Shown here in pieces: positions 45,150-47,972 of a stretch of DNA of 47,972 nt (positions are counted from its first letter, which is position 1; the number at the start of each line of letters is the position of its first letter). The notes under the pieces were generated by a model, which saw only the letters and a program-made list of their open reading frames with translations, made no database searches and was not told where the DNA came from. The stretch spans positions 1-47,972 of IMG/VR virus record IMGVR_UViG_3300027690_000149; one strand, written 5' to 3'. The position numbers and the translations under genes were made by a program. This DNA comes from a virus (taxonomy: Duplodnaviria; Caudoviricetes).

Positions 45150-46373
45150 ATGCTGACGACATCAAATCACGGCCTAAGAAAACCCGAGTATTCCGATATC
45201 GCTGATATTGCAGATATAAACTACAACACTGATAAGATCGACAACATGCCAGTTCTATACAGCCAATCTTCAGAACCTTCCAACAAGGTTTCAGGAAAGA
45301 CTCTCTGGCACGATATCGATGATGATACTTTCAAACTCTGGAATGGTAGTGAGTGGAAATCACTGGGTGGCGGCGCGAGTGACTATATGTTAACTGATGC
45401 CGAATTTGAGTCTAATCTCGCAGACGCTAGTTGGTGCGAGAAAATGGCTTCGGCTAGGTTTATGCTTTCAATGTTGATTTCCGGAGCTTATAAATCTTAC
45501 TGGTGGGGAGCAATTGTTGCTGCTTCTACGGCTATGGAAAAGATAGCAGCATCTTCTTTGGCGATGGAAGGCGTGGCAAACGACTCTGACATAAGGGGTT
45601 GGATTTGGAATTCATCAACGGCTTGGGCAGAAGTGGCAGCAGTTAGTATGGCTATTGCGAAATACTTAGTTGGTGAGGCTGACGGAACAACCGCAGATTT
45701 TGACACGATGGCTGAGGTTGCCGGAGATTCTACAATGATGGCTACAATAGCTGCTTCGTCTGTATGTATGGAAAAGCTACTAGCTTCTAGTTTGGCTTTT
45801 GGGGCTGTATTAGCGGATTCTGTTGGAATGGAGGAAATTTGCGATTCAGTAACGGCAATGGAAGAGGTCTTGGGAACGGTGAGTTATAGGTCTGAGTTTC
45901 TTCTAAGCTCTTATATAATGACATACTTCTGGAATAACGCTAATAGCGAGATTCTGTGGGAGCAGGGCAGTCCAACTCCTCCTTACACTTACGAGTCTGG
46001 AGGAAATGGGATTCTTGCGAGTGCAATCGTTGATGGTCCAACTACTGGTGGGAAGGCCTTCGCTTTTATACAAAATTCCGGCTGTCAGTTTGGAAACTTT
46101 GATTATTCATTCTCTCTGGACTTGACCGATGTTGACGACTTCAAAATAAAGTTGAAGCACGAGCGGTACTATACAGGGAATTATATGAGGCTGTATATAA
46201 ACGGAAGTATGGTATATAGCTCGAATTCTGCTATCAGCTGGACCGATATGACCTTCGATGTGTCTGGTGTTACTGGCACGGTAACGATACTCTTCCGTTG
46301 TTATAACCAGAATGGTTCTAGTAGCACGTCTTGGTATCATAGAGCCTATTATGGTGATTTGAGGTTGGCATGA
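45150..46373 (+). CDS. Tail fibre / receptor-binding protein
   Basis: N-terminal TSNHGLRKP...DINYN.DKID anchor; LW.D...LKLWNG.EW; S..AM..I/V helical repeats; aromatic beta-rich C-terminus. Confidence 0.7.
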   Translation: MLTTSNHGLRKPEYSDIADIADINYNTDKIDNMPVLYSQSSEPSNKVSGKTLWHDIDDDTFKLWNGSEWKSLGGGASDYMLTDAEFESNLADASWCEKMASARFMLSMLISGAYKSYWWGAIVAASTAMEKIAASSLAMEGVANDSDIRGWIWNSSTAWAEVAAVSMAIAKYLVGEADGTTADFDTMAEVAGDSTMMATIAASSVCMEKLLASSLAFGAVLADSVGMEEICDSVTAMEEVLGTVSYRSEFLLSSYIMTYFWNNANSEILWEQGSPTPPYTYESGGNGILASAIVDGPTTGGKAFAFIQNSGCQFGNFDYSFSLDLTDVDDFKIKLKHERYYTGNYMRLYINGSMVYSSNSAISWTDMTFDVSGVTGTVTILFRCYNQNGSSSTSWYHRAYYGDLRLA

Positions 46374-47134
46374 TGATTAGAGCAATCTTCAGAGACAAAA
46401 AGATGATAGCGTTTTCTACTCTTGGATATCATTCTGACAACCCTGACGAAGTGGTTGTGGAGATGACCGAAGAACAGCTCAAAGAACTCATTGGACTGGA
46501 TGATTGGCAAGAACTTTTCTTAACGATTGAGCTAGATAACGAAGATTCCGAAATCGCTGAAAACCTGCAGCCCTCTAGAGGTAACAGCATGGTTCTTTCT
46601 GCTGAGATTTCGAGACCGAAATTCCGTTTGCATGATGATCTCACTGAGGAAGAGCTGGCGTTCATTTTAGGGAAGTATCCGGCATACAAGGTTGACAAGG
46701 TTCTTTCTGCAGGAGAAAAGTTTGTCTATCGCAGCAGACTTTATGAAGTTGTTCAGGCTCACACTTCTCAAAGTGATTGGCGGCCAGATCTTGTGCCTGC
46801 ATTGTATAAAGAGGCGATGCCAGAAGGCATAATCGGACCCTGGAGACAACCTCTGGGAGCTCATGATGCGTATATGACAGGAGATAGAGTGTTGTTCAAT
46901 GGAGAGGTGCATGTTTCCAAAGTTGACAACAACGTTTGGAGTCCTGACACTTATGGCTGGGAGCTCGAAGAGTCTAGTGGAGAAGAATTCCAAGAATGGG
47001 TGCAGCCGCAAGGAGCTCACGACGCCTACGCTCTAGGTGATATTGTCAATCACAATGGACAGCTATGGATTTCCATTATTGCGAGCAATGTCTGGGAGCC
47101 AGGCTCCTATGGCTGGGAACTGTACGAAGAATAG
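46370..47134 (+). CDS. Carbohydrate-binding (CBM5/12-like) repeat protein
   Basis: LYEVVQAHTSQSDW.P and two W.QP.GAHDAY..GD.V..NG...NVW.P..YGW repeats. Confidence 0.8.
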   Translation: MMIRAIFRDKKMIAFSTLGYHSDNPDEVVVEMTEEQLKELIGLDDWQELFLTIELDNEDSEIAENLQPSRGNSMVLSAEISRPKFRLHDDLTEEELAFILGKYPAYKVDKVLSAGEKFVYRSRLYEVVQAHTSQSDWRPDLVPALYKEAMPEGIIGPWRQPLGAHDAYMTGDRVLFNGEVHVSKVDNNVWSPDTYGWELEESSGEEFQEWVQPQGAHDAYALGDIVNHNGQLWISIIASNVWEPGSYGWELYEE

Positions 47135-47150
47135 AATATCTGAAAAGTAT

Positions 47151-47172
47151 GACCGCCCACGGGCGGTTTTTT
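47151..47172 (+). terminator. Rho-independent terminator
   Basis: ACCGCC-CACG-GGCGGT followed by TTTTT. Confidence 0.8.
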
Positions 47173-47197
47173 TAATCCATATTCTGAGGGTGATCTT

Positions 47198-47542
47198 GTG
47201 CATGAAGAATGTGAATTCTTGAAAAACCGAGACCAGTTTGAGATGCAGATAATTCACAAGGTAAGGGAAGAGATAACAGAAATGAACCAGGCTCAAGACG
47301 AAAGGATTGATGAAAGGCTGGATAGAGTCGAAGAGAACATAAAGGAATTCATGCAGAACGGTTTCTACAAGAAGTTCATGCAGGATGTATGGGAGATGAA
47401 TCAGAAGCTAATAGAAAAGGCCATGGAGAACTCTTTCGGAATCAAAGCAAAGAAGATAGAGCTCTGGAAAGCCATTGGGCTTGCACTGCTTGGAGCGTTC
47501 GGAATAAAACTGCTCGATCTCCTGGCGGGACTTGTGAGGTGA
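47198..47542 (+). CDS. Putative holin-like protein
   Basis: Coiled coil plus C-terminal TM segment, directly before the lysin. Confidence 0.5.
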   Translation: MHEECEFLKNRDQFEMQIIHKVREEITEMNQAQDERIDERLDRVEENIKEFMQNGFYKKFMQDVWEMNQKLIEKAMENSFGIKAKKIELWKAIGLALLGAFGIKLLDLLAGLVR

Positions 47543-47546
47543 TGTG

Positions 47547-47972
47547 ATGATTACACTTGAAGACATAAGATCCTGGATGAGACAGAAGTCCGCGGGTCCT
47601 CAAATAGAACCCGAGTTTCTCTTTGCAATCGCCTCTGTAGAATCTTCTCTTGATCCTAAAGCGGTCTCCAAGAAAGGTGCTCAAGGCTTGTTTCAGTTCA
47701 TGCCGATTACTCAGCAGGATCTTCGCGAGAGGTTCGGTTATCCTTTCAATCCATTTTGCCCCGTATGTTCAACAGTTGCGGCGAGCATTTATCTTGCTTG
47801 GCTGTTCTCAAGATTTCCGAACGACATGAACCTTGTCCTAATCGCCTGGAACTGGGGTTACGGAAACGTGAGGGACTTCATCCAGGGAAAGAAACCGAAA
47901 CTGCCGAAAGAAACAGAGGACTTCGTGAAGAAGGTCCTTGCCAAATACAGAGAGATCAAGAAGGAGGAATGA
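47547..47972 (+). CDS. Lytic transglycosylase (SLT) endolysin
   Basis: IASVESS (catalytic Glu), AVSKKGAQGLFQFMP, AWNWG, ETEDFVKKV. Confidence 0.9.
   Translation: MITLEDIRSWMRQKSAGPQIEPEFLFAIASVESSLDPKAVSKKGAQGLFQFMPITQQDLRERFGYPFNPFCPVCSTVAASIYLAWLFSRFPNDMNLVLIAWNWGYGNVRDFIQGKKPKLPKETEDFVKKVLAKYREIKKEE

Larger units (their letters stand above)
1..47972. mobile_element. Temperate siphovirus-type prophage
   Basis: Canonical order: integrase, accessory block, immunity switch, replication, packaging, head, tail, lysis. Confidence 0.95.

Noticed and set aside
45960-46373. Possible DGR variable region in the Tyr/Asn/Ser-rich fibre tip
   Set aside because: No reverse transcriptase and no template repeat found in the window.

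Overview
The window is a near-complete temperate siphovirus-type prophage, clipped at the stop codons of its first and last genes, so no att sites are visible. From left to right it contains: a large serine integrase; a ~10 kb accessory and defence block; a CI/Cro switch; a ~1.8 kb insert; recombination and replication genes; a Panacea toxin-antitoxin moron; head, tail and lysis genes. The accessory block holds a Clp-fold serine protease with a coupled micropeptide, an HD-GYP phosphodiesterase, a CglI/NgoAVII-type R-M system with Vsr, an EVE-like protein and an AbiV-like protein. The 1.8 kb insert holds three strongly base-paired elements, three micro-ORFs below the ORF-track cut-off, and two convergent orphan genes, one distantly SocB-like. 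It is the most unexplained part of the window and the best candidate for a new system. The head module has Mu-like portal, protease and MuF (with a metallopeptidase extension) and a lambda-E-type capsid. The tail is non-contractile. A Thermotogota (Mesotoga-like) host is only a guess from sequence style. All family calls come from motif recognition by eye; no searches were run.
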